Origin: Escherichia coli
Lineage (GTDB): Bacteria > Pseudomonadota > Gammaproteobacteria > Enterobacterales > Enterobacteriaceae
Assembly (NCBI RefSeq): GCF_029227855.1
Contig: NZ_CP074356.1
Length of the DNA: 64,000 nt
Direction: 5' to 3' (one strand)
The position numbers were made by a program, and so were the translations under genes. Shown in pieces: positions 53,405 to 62,778 of this stretch; the stretch's first letter is position 1, and every line of letters begins with the position of its first letter. The notes under the pieces are model-generated. The model saw only the letters and a list, made by a program, of their open reading frames with translations. It ran no database searches and was not told where the DNA came from.

Positions 53405-54685
53405 ATGAAGAAAATAAGTTTAACCACGATGATTCTTTTGGCGCTGGTACTTGGAATGATTATCGGCGTAGTGCTCAATAACACTGCTTCACCGGAAACC
53501 GCAAAACTCTATGCGCAAGAAATATCGATATTCACGACGATTTTCTTACGACTGATAAAAATGATTATCGCTCCGTTAGTGGTCTCTACCCTGGTGGTAG
53601 GTATAGCTAAAATGGGCGATGCCAAAGCCCTTGGTCGTATTTTTTCTAAAACACTCTTTTTATTTATTTGCGCCTCATTGCTGTCAATTGCCTTAGGCTT
53701 GATAACAGTAAATTTCTTCATGCCAGGCACAGGAATTAATTTTGTTGCACACGGAGCCGAAACCACCGGAGTGGTCGCGTCAGAACCCTTTACGCTAAAA
53801 GTATTTATTTCGCATGCTTTCCCCACCAGCATTGTCGATGCCATGGCGCACAATGAAATTTTGCAAATCGTGGTGTTCTCAATTTTCCTCGGCTGTAGCC
53901 TGACGGCGATTGGCGAGAAAGGCAGCGCCATCGTTCACGCCTTAGATTCGCTGGCACATGCCATGTTAAAGCTCACTGGCTACGTCATGCTCTTCGCTCC
54001 CCTGACCGTATTCGCTGCTATTTCAGCATTGATTGCTGAACGAGGACTGGCAGTTATGGTGAGCGCCGGGATCTTTATGGGTGAATTTTATTTCACCATG
54101 TTATTACTTTGGGTGCTGCTTATCGGTCTGGCCATCGTTTATGTTGGCCCCTGCATCAGACGCCTGACCCGCGCCCTTTCGGAACCCGCCCTGCTGGCAT
54201 TTACCACATCCAGTTCTGAAGCGGCTTTTCCGGGAACGCTTGAAAAACTGGAGCAATTTGGCGTTTCCCCAAAAATTGCCAGTTTTGTCTTACCCATTGG
54301 CTACTCATTTAATCTCGTTGGATCAATGGCCTACTGCTCCTTCGCCACAGTTTTCATCGCCCAGGCCTGCAATATCCATTTATCCATCGGTGAGCAAATC
54401 ACCATGCTGTTGATCCTGATGTTGACCTCGAAAGGAATGGCTGGCGTACCACGCGCCTCAATGGTGGTTATCGCCGCCACGCTCAACCAGTTCAATATTC
54501 CGGAAGCGGGGCTGATCTTGCTGATGGGCGTTGATCCGTTCCTTGATATGGGGCGTTCAGCGACAAACGTCATGAGCAACGCAATGGGCGCTGCGATGGT
54601 GAGTCGGTGGGAAGGCGAACATTTCGGCGAGGGCTGTCGGGGTAAAGCATTAAAACCCAATGAATCGAACGTTGCTCTGCCCTGA
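53405..54685 (+). CDS. DAACS-family (GltP/DctA-like) dicarboxylate/amino acid:cation symporter
   Basis: A polytopic membrane protein with the family motif TSSSEAAFP. I place the start at ATG 53405, behind GGAGGA. Alternative starts lie at 53384 and 53393. Confidence 0.88.
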   Translation: MKKISLTTMILLALVLGMIIGVVLNNTASPETAKLYAQEISIFTTIFLRLIKMIIAPLVVSTLVVGIAKMGDAKALGRIFSKTLFLFICASLLSIALGLITVNFFMPGTGINFVAHGAETTGVVASEPFTLKVFISHAFPTSIVDAMAHNEILQIVVFSIFLGCSLTAIGEKGSAIVHALDSLAHAMLKLTGYVMLFAPLTVFAAISALIAERGLAVMVSAGIFMGEFYFTMLLLWVLLIGLAIVYVGPCIRRLTRALSEPALLAFTTSSSEAAFPGTLEKLEQFGVSPKIASFVLPIGYSFNLVGSMAYCSFATVFIAQACNIHLSIGEQITMLLILMLTSKGMAGVPRASMVVIAATLNQFNIPEAGLILLMGVDPFLDMGRSATNVMSNAMGAAMVSRWEGEHFGEGCRGKALKPNESNVALP

Positions 54686-54792
54686 GGGGGATCTTAAGCA
54701 ATCAGAAGCCAATGACTACGCATTTTTATAAGCCGGATCATGAAGTTAGACGGCAATTAAGTAAAACTAACGTTTAAGGTGAAAAGTGAAAT

Positions 54793-56445
54793 ATGTCCAA
54801 ACCATTTATCTGGCAAGAACCGTTTCTACAAAATAAAGACGGTACAGAATATACATTAATTAGCGATCAACATATTACAGTAACGGAATTAGACGGCGAA
54901 GAAGTAATAAAAATCGCTCCTGAAGCATTAACGCTGCTTGCCCGGCAGGCATTTTATGAAGCCTCTTTTTTCTTACGTTCCGCTCATTTGCAACAGGTCG
55001 CCAGCATTCTTAACGATCCGCAGGCCAGTAGTAATGATAAATACGTTGCGTTGCAGTTATTACGTAATGCTGAAGTCTCAGCAAAAGGGGTATTACCCAA
55101 CTGTCAGGATACCGGCACCGCAACTATTGTTGCCAGTAAAGGGCAACAGATATGGACGGGAGGTAACGACGCTGAAGCCTTAAGCAAAGGCATTTACACC
55201 ACTTTTCAGGAAAATAATCTGCGCTTTTCACAAAATGCGCCACTGGATATGTTTACCGAAGTCAATACGCAAACCAATCTCCCGGCGCAGATTGATATCA
55301 GCGCCGTCGCTGGTGATGAGTACCATTTTCTCTGTATTAATAAAGGGGGCGGCTCTGCCAATAAAGCCGCGCTTTATCAGGAAACCAAATCCCTATTGCA
55401 ACCAGAAAAACTGACCGCATTTTTAATCGAAAAAATGAAATCGCTGGGCACCGCTGCCTGCCCGCCTTACCACATCGCCTTTGTCGTCGGAGGACTTTCA
55501 GCCGATCAAACCTTAAAAGTTGCCAAGCTGGCCTCAACGAAATATTACGACAATTTGCCCACCAGCGGAAACGAGCAAGGACAAGCATTCCGTGATATTG
55601 AGCTGGAAAAAGTATTGCTCGAGGCCAGTCAGCAATTTGGTATTGGTGCGCAATTTGGGGGTAAATATTTCGCTCATGATATTCGCGTCATTCGTCTGCC
55701 GCGTCACGGTGGCTCTTGCCCGATAGCTATGGCGCTCTCCTGTTCTGCGGATCGCAATATCAAAGCAAAAATTAACAAGCACGGTATCTGGCTGGAAAAA
55801 CTCGAACACAATCCGGGGCAATATATTCCAGCCTCACTGCGGGAAGAAAATCACGCGCAACATGTACAGCTGGATCTAAACCGTCCGTTGCGTGACGTGA
55901 TGCAGGATCTCGCCAGATTACCGGTAGGCACCCGCGTGTCGTTAAGTGGTCCCATCGTAGTGGCGCGCGATATCGCCCACGCCAAAATAAAAGCGCGGCT
56001 GGATAGCGGCGAACCGATGCCGGATTACCTGAAGCATCATATTGTCTATTACGCTGGCCCGGCGAAAACACCGGAGAACATGGCCTGCGGTTCACTGGGT
56101 CCAACCACGGGCGGTCGAATGGACGGTTATGTCGATACCTTCCAGGCGGTTGGCGGCAGTCTGGTGATGTTATCGAAAGGTCACCGCAGCCAGCAGGTCA
56201 CCGATGCCTGTCACAAACATGGCGGCTTCAATCTGGGAAGTATTGGCGGTGCAGCTGCGTTACTGGCGCAAGAATATGTCAAAAGTCTGCGTTGCCTGGA
56301 ATACCCGGAGCTGGGTATGGAAGCGGTGTGGATGATGGAAGTGGAAAATCTGCCCGCATTCATCCTGGTAGATGATAAAGGCAATAATTTCTTTAGTCAG
56401 TTTGAGCAGCAACACCGCTGCGCCAGTTGCCCTGCGGGACATTAA
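54793..56445 (+). CDS. fumD: Class I (Fe-S) fumarate hydratase homologue, the FumD-type mesaconase/fumarase
   Basis: A 550 aa ORF colinear with E. coli FumA ([11 protein letters not shown]...CQDTGTA...GGGSANK...CPPYHIAFV...GPTTGGRMD...). It is a third class I paralogue located in the methylaspartate cluster. Confidence 0.9.
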   Translation: MSKPFIWQEPFLQNKDGTEYTLISDQHITVTELDGEEVIKIAPEALTLLARQAFYEASFFLRSAHLQQVASILNDPQASSNDKYVALQLLRNAEVSAKGVLPNCQDTGTATIVASKGQQIWTGGNDAEALSKGIYTTFQENNLRFSQNAPLDMFTEVNTQTNLPAQIDISAVAGDEYHFLCINKGGGSANKAALYQETKSLLQPEKLTAFLIEKMKSLGTAACPPYHIAFVVGGLSADQTLKVAKLASTKYYDNLPTSGNEQGQAFRDIELEKVLLEASQQFGIGAQFGGKYFAHDIRVIRLPRHGGSCPIAMALSCSADRNIKAKINKHGIWLEKLEHNPGQYIPASLREENHAQHVQLDLNRPLRDVMQDLARLPVGTRVSLSGPIVVARDIAHAKIKARLDSGEPMPDYLKHHIVYYAGPAKTPENMACGSLGPTTGGRMDGYVDTFQAVGGSLVMLSKGHRSQQVTDACHKHGGFNLGSIGGAAALLAQEYVKSLRCLEYPELGMEAVWMMEVENLPAFILVDDKGNNFFSQFEQQHRCASCPAGH

Positions 56446-56454
56446 GGAAAATGA

Positions 56455-57057
56455 ATGGAAGCGCGAATTTCAACTGAACGGCATGTGCAGCGCCAGCAGA
56501 AATTGAAGGAACAGGTCGATACGCGCATCGCGGCGGCGATAGAGAAAAAAGGGATTTTGATTGTTTTCACCGGCAATGGCAAAGGGAAATCCACTGCCGC
56601 GTTTGGTACTGTGACGCGCGCGGTGGGTCATGGCAAAACGGTGGGGGTTGCGCAGTACATCAAGGGGCAATGGGACAACGGCGAATACAACCTTCTCCAG
56701 CCGCTGGGGGTTGAGTTTCATATTATGGGAACCGGTTTTACCTGGGAGACACAGAACCGGCAAGCGGATATCGACGCGGCGAAAGAGGTCTGGTCGGAAA
56801 GCAAACGGATGCTGGCTGACAAGCGTTACGACTTAGTGGTGCTTGATGAGCTGACCTATATGCTGGCTTACCATTATCTGGATACCGAAGAAGTGATCGC
56901 TTCTCTGCAAAACCGCCCGGCACAACAAAGTGTCATTGTCACCGGACGCGGTTGCCACAGTCAGATATTAAAAATGGCGGATACGGTCAGCGAAATCCGC
57001 CCCGTCAAACATGCTTTTGATAACGGCATTCAGGCGCAGCCGGGTATCGACTGGTAA
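56455..57057 (+). CDS. ATP:cob(I)alamin adenosyltransferase (CobA/BtuR family paralogue)
   Basis: A 200 aa ORF. ILIVFTGNGKGKSTAAFG (P-loop)...GFTWETQNR...VVLDELTYM...RPVKHAFDNGIQAQPGIDW aligns with BtuR. It starts 9 nt after fumD. Confidence 0.92.
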   Translation: MEARISTERHVQRQQKLKEQVDTRIAAAIEKKGILIVFTGNGKGKSTAAFGTVTRAVGHGKTVGVAQYIKGQWDNGEYNLLQPLGVEFHIMGTGFTWETQNRQADIDAAKEVWSESKRMLADKRYDLVVLDELTYMLAYHYLDTEEVIASLQNRPAQQSVIVTGRGCHSQILKMADTVSEIRPVKHAFDNGIQAQPGIDW

Positions 57058-57060
57058 TAA

Positions 57061-57092
57061 CTGCGCCTGGCATCCCGCCAGGCGCAGGTTTT
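57061..57092. terminator. Bidirectional hairpin between the convergent adenosyltransferase and LysR genes
   Basis: ctgcgcctgg-catcccg-ccaggcgcag followed by gtttta. Confidence 0.6.
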
Positions 57093-57996
57093 ACATCTCC
57101 TGCGGTACAACCGATTTCGCCAGCAACCATTCACGAAATTGCTGCAAGTGCGGTGAGTCAGACTTCTCTTCCTGCCACGTCATAATAAAACGATTACCGG
57201 TACGAATAGGCACATCACAGGGGATCACCATATCGCCACTATCCAAATCATGTTGAATAGCGAAACGTGGTAACAGCGCCACGCCGAGATTAGAGCGCAC
57301 GGCGGCAATCAGCATTGAAAGCAAATCGAAACGTGGTCCGTTGTTGACCAGTGGACTGCTAACGCCAGATAAAGCAAACCACTCTTCCCAGCCAGTAATA
57401 CGGGTGCTTTGATGCAGAAGTGGTAACTCAGTAAGCAGTTCTGCCACTGACAGTTTTTGATCGGACATTGCAAGCAAACTGCCGCTGCATACCGGCAAAA
57501 TCTCCTCATCAAAGAGATATTCTACTTCCGCCCAGGGCGCGCAAAAATTTTCGCGCATAATGACAGCATCGTACTCCCGATTAAGAAAATCGCCGTTATT
57601 AGCTAAAGAGTGAATATTAACAATAATATCGGGATGTAACTTTGTGAATTCATGTAAATTTGGGATTAACCAGTGGGTACTAAACGTAGGATTCACGGCA
57701 AGTTCAATAACCTGAACCGTAGGCTGCCAGGTCATAATAGTATTGGTATCGCGTTCCAGCTTATTTAATGTTTCTTTTACTATCCCCAGGTAATACTTCC
57801 CTGCATCATTAAGAAAAATACGTTTTTTAGAGTGTGAAAATAACGGAGTATGTAAAAATTCCTCCAGCGCACTCACTTGTCTGAATACAGCACTTTGGGT
57901 TAACGCTAACTCCTCTGCCGCTCTGGTATAACTTTCATAACGTGCGACGACCTCAAAAGTCACCAGCAGCTCCGTTTTAGGTATTTTTCCTCGCAT
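57091..57996 (-). CDS. LysR-type transcriptional regulator
   Basis: MRGKIPKTELLVTFEVVARYESYTRAAEELALTQSAVFRQVSALEEFL (wHTH) gives 301 aa from ATG 57996. The track ORF begins at an upstream TTG. The gene is visibly AT-rich. Confidence 0.88.
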   Translation of the reverse strand: MRGKIPKTELLVTFEVVARYESYTRAAEELALTQSAVFRQVSALEEFLHTPLFSHSKKRIFLNDAGKYYLGIVKETLNKLERDTNTIMTWQPTVQVIELAVNPTFSTHWLIPNLHEFTKLHPDIIVNIHSLANNGDFLNREYDAVIMRENFCAPWAEVEYLFDEEILPVCSGSLLAMSDQKLSVAELLTELPLLHQSTRITGWEEWFALSGVSSPLVNNGPRFDLLSMLIAAVRSNLGVALLPRFAIQHDLDSGDMVIPCDVPIRTGNRFIMTWQEEKSDSPHLQQFREWLLAKSVVPQEM

Positions 57997-58208
57997 AATT
58001 CCGTCCGTGAAAAAATAACAATTCAAAAATTATTTTATAAAAAACAGTAGCACTAATGAATATCATAATTCAAATAAACAAACCAGTCAGCTATATGTCT
58101 AACCAGGAAAATAAAGTGACAATAATCCTAAAACAGGAATTTCACCTCAGTTATCCGCATGCAATACTTTAAAGCTATTATTGCAAGAATATTATTCATA
58201 TACATGAA

Positions 58209-58334
58209 TATACTCTAAATAAGTCAAGTTGCAGGAAGGGAACAAATAATGAATTTCCAGAAGCTTACATAAGTAAGTGACCTGAGTGAGCGAACATCGA
58301 TGCAGCACATGCAACTTGAATTATGACAAGTATA
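58209..58334. repeat. ERIC (IRU) repeat, degenerate copy
   Basis: tatactctaaataagtcaagttgcaggaaggg...atgaatttccagaagcttacataagtaagtgacctgagtgagcg...gcaacttgaattatgacaagtata aligns end to end with the copy at 11653-11779. It has many substitutions that weaken the central hairpin. Confidence 0.85.
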
Positions 58335-58585
58335 CAATGATAAATTTATATACCCTATGTTATATATTATCTATGTCCGGTTAAATTGAATGAGTCATGG
58401 CCTTAAAAGACTTCACAAAAGATAATTCCTCTTTAACAATAAGCCAGATTTACCACTTGTAAAACTTGCTATCGCCACATACACTACGCGCGTTTTCTTT
58501 CCCTTTTGCTGGCTGCTGACCGGAAAGACAAAATTACCCTCGCAATACAGGGGGTTGTTTAACGTCTATATTTCAGGACAGCGTT

Positions 58586-59983
58586 ATGCATCATCTTTCA
58601 AGGCTTGATAAAGCCTTTCTGCGCAAAGGGATCCAACTTTCCCGCGCCAACAATATTGTTTCATTATCTCGTCCATCAGGTGCCAGTGCCCGCGTACTGC
58701 TGCCGGACGAACTGCCGCTGGAAGAAAAAGCAGTAACACAACTGCTTGATTTTGCAGAAGTGAAGCTACCAGACCACCCAGGTTATGTGCGCCAGACGTG
58801 CGCGACGCCAGATTTTCATCCCGGCAATGGCGTCCCCGTTGGCGCGGTGGTGGCCTCAACGCCGGATTTAGTCATTCCCGCCGCCATCGGCACCGATATT
58901 TCTTGTGGCATGCGGCTGCTGACGACCGGATTAACACTTGAGCAAGCCGAAGCGCATAAAGACATCATCGCTCAGCGGTTAACGCAAGTGCTGCTGCAAA
59001 ATGAGCGCGATGTTCCGTTATCCGCACAGGCGTTCACTGCGCTTTTTGATGGCGGACCGGCAGATTGCGTGTCGACCTTGCCATCAGCAGGTCTCTGGAC
59101 ACGCACGAATATCCCCCGAATGGTACAAGAGATTGACTGCTGCATTGGGCTTAACGAGCATAACAGTCATTCGCGTTATGCCCCACCCGCCCTGCTGGCA
59201 ACGGACCGCGCATTACTCCGCGATCCTTGTCTGGGTACGCCGGGTTCAGGTAATCATTTTATTGAACTTCAGGTCGTTGATAGCGTGGTTGATCGCCATG
59301 TAGCCTGGCAACAAGGGCTGAAAACAGGCGATATTGTGGTGATGATCCACAGTGGATCGCGAGATGTTGGCTTTTACGTCGGAAGACGCTGGATGGATCG
59401 CGCCCGTGCTGAATGGCCCACCGGACATAAACATCCACAAAGCGGGTTATATGGTCTGGCAGGCGGACTGGCGGAGGAATATCTACAAGCGATAGGAATG
59501 GCTGCGCGTTACGCGTGGTTAAATCGCGTCACAATTGCCGAAATGGTGCGCGTATGTCTCGCCAATCTCTTTCATCAGGACAATTCGCATCTGGTGGTGG
59601 ATGTGCCGCATAACATCATCCTTCGCGAGCATGAAATGAATATTCATCGCAAAGGTGCAACACCGGCACGAGTGGGCGATCTGGCATTAATCCCCGGTTC
59701 AATGGGCGATTATTCGTGGCTTGCAGTCGGTTGCGGCAACCCGGAGTGGCTGTGGTCATGCAGTCACGGAGCAGGACGCAGCCAGCGTCGACAGGCCATG
59801 CGCTCAAGCGCGACTGAAGAGTCAACGCTGCCGTGGCAATGCGTCACATTGCGTGAAGAACGACGTCTTGAAGAAGCGCCAGCGGCTTATAAAGATATTG
59901 GTCCGGTTATCGAAGCCCAACAAGAAGCCGGATTAATTCAACCAGCGGTCAGATTTCGACCGTGGTTAACGTTTAAGGGGTAA
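58586..59983 (+). CDS. RtcB-family RNA 3'-phosphate ligase homologue (stand-alone)
   Basis: A 465 aa ORF carrying the RtcB signature motifs DFHPGNG, GTDISCGM, GSGNHFIE, HSGSRDVG, VPHNI, HRKGATP, PGSMG, SHGAGR and EAPAAYK. Confidence 0.9.
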   Translation: MHHLSRLDKAFLRKGIQLSRANNIVSLSRPSGASARVLLPDELPLEEKAVTQLLDFAEVKLPDHPGYVRQTCATPDFHPGNGVPVGAVVASTPDLVIPAAIGTDISCGMRLLTTGLTLEQAEAHKDIIAQRLTQVLLQNERDVPLSAQAFTALFDGGPADCVSTLPSAGLWTRTNIPRMVQEIDCCIGLNEHNSHSRYAPPALLATDRALLRDPCLGTPGSGNHFIELQVVDSVVDRHVAWQQGLKTGDIVVMIHSGSRDVGFYVGRRWMDRARAEWPTGHKHPQSGLYGLAGGLAEEYLQAIGMAARYAWLNRVTIAEMVRVCLANLFHQDNSHLVVDVPHNIILREHEMNIHRKGATPARVGDLALIPGSMGDYSWLAVGCGNPEWLWSCSHGAGRSQRRQAMRSSATEESTLPWQCVTLREERRLEEAPAAYKDIGPVIEAQQEAGLIQPAVRFRPWLTFKG

Positions 59984-60065
59984 CTGAAATGATAAATGGC
60001 CTGCGGTTCTCACGCAGGTCAAATCTGGTATCTGCGTAAGCTAACAAACTTGTTTATCAACAATC

Positions 60066-60089
60066 TCAGGCCATCCGAAGATGGCCTGA
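60066..60089. terminator. Hairpin downstream of mngB
   Basis: tcaggccatc-cgaa-gatggcctga stem-loop. There is no clear U-tract on either strand. Confidence 0.35.
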
Positions 60090-60127
60090 AATTATTGCCC
60101 CCCTTAGATACACTTTTAGCGCAATAA

Positions 60128-62761
60128 TCAGCCAAGGCGGTAGCTAAATGTCCGTGACTGCCCCGGTAAAAATGCCCCCAGTTCCTTTAAATTATCTCTT
60201 TCCGCTGTGCTGATGCTTTCATCCATCATCGTTTGCGTACATGAAATCACCTCACGACTGAACGCGACAGTTGCCTCACAGGTTGTCGATTCTGCCGGAT
60301 TAAACAGTCGCAATACCACTTCTTGCCGGTCTTCCGCTTTTTTAAGAGCGCTAATCAGGCATCCCACAGGGGGCATTTTCAGCAAGCTATAGCTTTCCGG
60401 CACATTGAATCCGGCTTTATTTAACTTCATCGCATCCCACGGGATTTTGTTGTAACACTGTACTGGCGTCAGCCATGCACGCGCCTGCTGGGCTACACCG
60501 GCGGTCGAAGGCGTACCTGTATAACTAAATAAGCTCAGACGGCAGCTAAAGGAGCCACGTAATTGTGAATCGGGCACCGGCATTTTTATACCCGAAGGAC
60601 GTCCAGGCCTTAAAAGCAGATCTTCTTTCCCCAGTAAGCCCACGCCACGCAGCAACGTAATGGCAAAGGTTTTCTTCTCTTCACCGATGACTTCGAATTC
60701 ACGTAGCCCTTCGCTAAAGACAGCCAGACCGTTACGCCCTTCCTGTAAGGCAGCATAGTTGAGCATATTCCATACCGGAACAGGCGCTTCTTTCCAGCCT
60801 TCTTGTTGCCAGACATCCATCGCACTGTCGCTCACCGGGCGCGTTAGCGAACCAAACTGGGTATCGGCCAGAACATTGTCGGTGTTGAAAGGTGTAGGGA
60901 CCAGGACGCGAAGGCGATGATCGTCAGCCTGGTTATCAAGGTTGATAACCACATCAATGCGCCTGCTGTTATCACTCAGAGTGACAACCAACTCCACCCC
61001 TACTCTACCCGTGCATTGCCGTGCGCTGCGTTCTTGTAGATTACGCGGCACCGCCATGTCATAGCGGATAACAGCCCTGCTCTGCCAGGCCTCATGAATA
61101 ATCTCGCATTGCGGTTTCGCATTCGCCGAAGTAATTACCCACTCTTCTTTTGCAGGTGAATAGTCATATTCATCACCATCATCAGAGCTTTCTTCAATTT
61201 GCAATACCCGGTCATAGCGCACACCGCTGTCTTTATCTACCAGTTGTAGCGTTCCATCCTCATTGAGCGCAATTTGCCAGAAAGCATTTTCCAGTATCCC
61301 TTCAGCGTCACTTTTTGCCGCAATCACGTTGCCAGGCTGATTCGTTTCGATATAAAGCGTGCGATAGCCCATAGAAGGGACAATCTGGTTGATCTGAATA
61401 TCAAACTCCATAAAGGGATCGTAATTACCGTAATGAACGATTTGCCGATCGATTAGGCCAGGATCGATCTCACGGGCATGGCGAATAAAATACGGTACAG
61501 GCTGACCGCGATCGTCCCGCAAATTAAACTGGCTAGCGCGCAGCCGCACAGTGGTGTTGATCACTTCTTCCCGCGGCCAGGGCATCAGGTTAAACAGCAC
61601 AAGTTTGTCGGCATCACTCTGTGGCATGTTATCGGCAATTTTGCGCATGTAGAAACGAATCAGATTATCCGCCATGTCTTCAGCCAGTTCGAAGCGGGCG
61701 ACGATTTCGCGATGAACTTTGTCACTGCAACAACAACCGATACTGTCGTGGGCATGATTTTTTAAGATCTCTTTCCACATTTTCTCCAGCAAGCCGTGGT
61801 GGTATTCAAAACCTAAAGTCCAGGCCAGTGTTGCCAGCGGTTCCAGCAGATTAACAATCTTATTTTCAATACGCGCGTGGGCAATTTTGATATCCATGCG
61901 CGTGGAACCGATGGTGCGATGCACGCGCATATATTTGCCATCGATAAATTCACCTTTCAGAGTCGCCAGATTATCTCGCTGCGCTTCAATCTGCTCGAAT
62001 ACCTCTTCAAAGCGGCTCATCACAAACTTTCGTTGAGGATAAATTTCGCGAAGTTTCTCCATCACTTCGAAGATATTTTGCTGCAATGGCATCTGATCAT
62101 GACCATTCGGCAATAAAATTTCTTTGGTTACTGACGCTTTTTCCAGCACGTCAAAATAACTGTCGAGACGTTTGCGTAATCCGTCTTCGTCGGCAGGTAA
62201 GTACTTACCGATGGCGTAGCCCAGCGGCAGCACCTGCGCCGTCACTTCGCTACCATCACTGCTTTGCCACAAAAACTCGGTTTTATCAGTACCGTGGCGC
62301 TCAGAACATCCGCGCCAGAACATGGTGCGGGTAATGCCAAATCCATTGTAAATATGCGGCAGTTGCTCGGACATGCCAAAGGAATCTGGTAAATAACCTA
62401 TTTTCATCGGCTCGCCAAACGCGAGGCAGTCACGCATTCCGTACATCAGATTACGGACGATGGATTCCGCAGAAACAATCGTGGTATCGGTCTGGGTATA
62501 CCAGGGGCCGATAATCAACTTACCGGCTTCTACCAGTTTCTTCACGCGCTCTTTGTTTTCCGGTTTCACCGCGAAATAATCTTCGAGGATCGCCGTTTGC
62601 CCGTCGAGTACGTAATATTTGTATTCGTTGTCCTGTTCCAGTCGGCGCAGGATCTCTTCCATATTATTGACCAGCAGAATGCGTGACTCTTCGGTGGTGA
62701 AATACCACTCCCGATCCCAGTGCATATGCGGGGTGATGTGAACGCGAGATACCGCTTTCAT
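60128..62761 (-). CDS. mngB: Alpha-mannosidase / mannosylglycerate hydrolase
   Basis: An 877 aa GH38-type ORF ([22 protein letters not shown]...). Confidence 0.95.
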   Translation of the reverse strand: MKAVSRVHITPHMHWDREWYFTTEESRILLVNNMEEILRRLEQDNEYKYYVLDGQTAILEDYFAVKPENKERVKKLVEAGKLIIGPWYTQTDTTIVSAESIVRNLMYGMRDCLAFGEPMKIGYLPDSFGMSEQLPHIYNGFGITRTMFWRGCSERHGTDKTEFLWQSSDGSEVTAQVLPLGYAIGKYLPADEDGLRKRLDSYFDVLEKASVTKEILLPNGHDQMPLQQNIFEVMEKLREIYPQRKFVMSRFEEVFEQIEAQRDNLATLKGEFIDGKYMRVHRTIGSTRMDIKIAHARIENKIVNLLEPLATLAWTLGFEYHHGLLEKMWKEILKNHAHDSIGCCCSDKVHREIVARFELAEDMADNLIRFYMRKIADNMPQSDADKLVLFNLMPWPREEVINTTVRLRASQFNLRDDRGQPVPYFIRHAREIDPGLIDRQIVHYGNYDPFMEFDIQINQIVPSMGYRTLYIETNQPGNVIAAKSDAEGILENAFWQIALNEDGTLQLVDKDSGVRYDRVLQIEESSDDGDEYDYSPAKEEWVITSANAKPQCEIIHEAWQSRAVIRYDMAVPRNLQERSARQCTGRVGVELVVTLSDNSRRIDVVINLDNQADDHRLRVLVPTPFNTDNVLADTQFGSLTRPVSDSAMDVWQQEGWKEAPVPVWNMLNYAALQEGRNGLAVFSEGLREFEVIGEEKKTFAITLLRGVGLLGKEDLLLRPGRPSGIKMPVPDSQLRGSFSCRLSLFSYTGTPSTAGVAQQARAWLTPVQCYNKIPWDAMKLNKAGFNVPESYSLLKMPPVGCLISALKKAEDRQEVVLRLFNPAESTTCEATVAFSREVISCTQTMMDESISTAERDNLKELGAFLPGQSRTFSYRLG

Positions 62762-62778
62762 CGTCGTTTCCTTTTTGT

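Noticed and set aside
58584-58859. 91-aa ORF antisense to the 5' end of the rtcB-like gene
   Set aside because: It overlaps a gene with clear family motifs, and it has no RBS and an Arg/Pro-rich artefactual composition.
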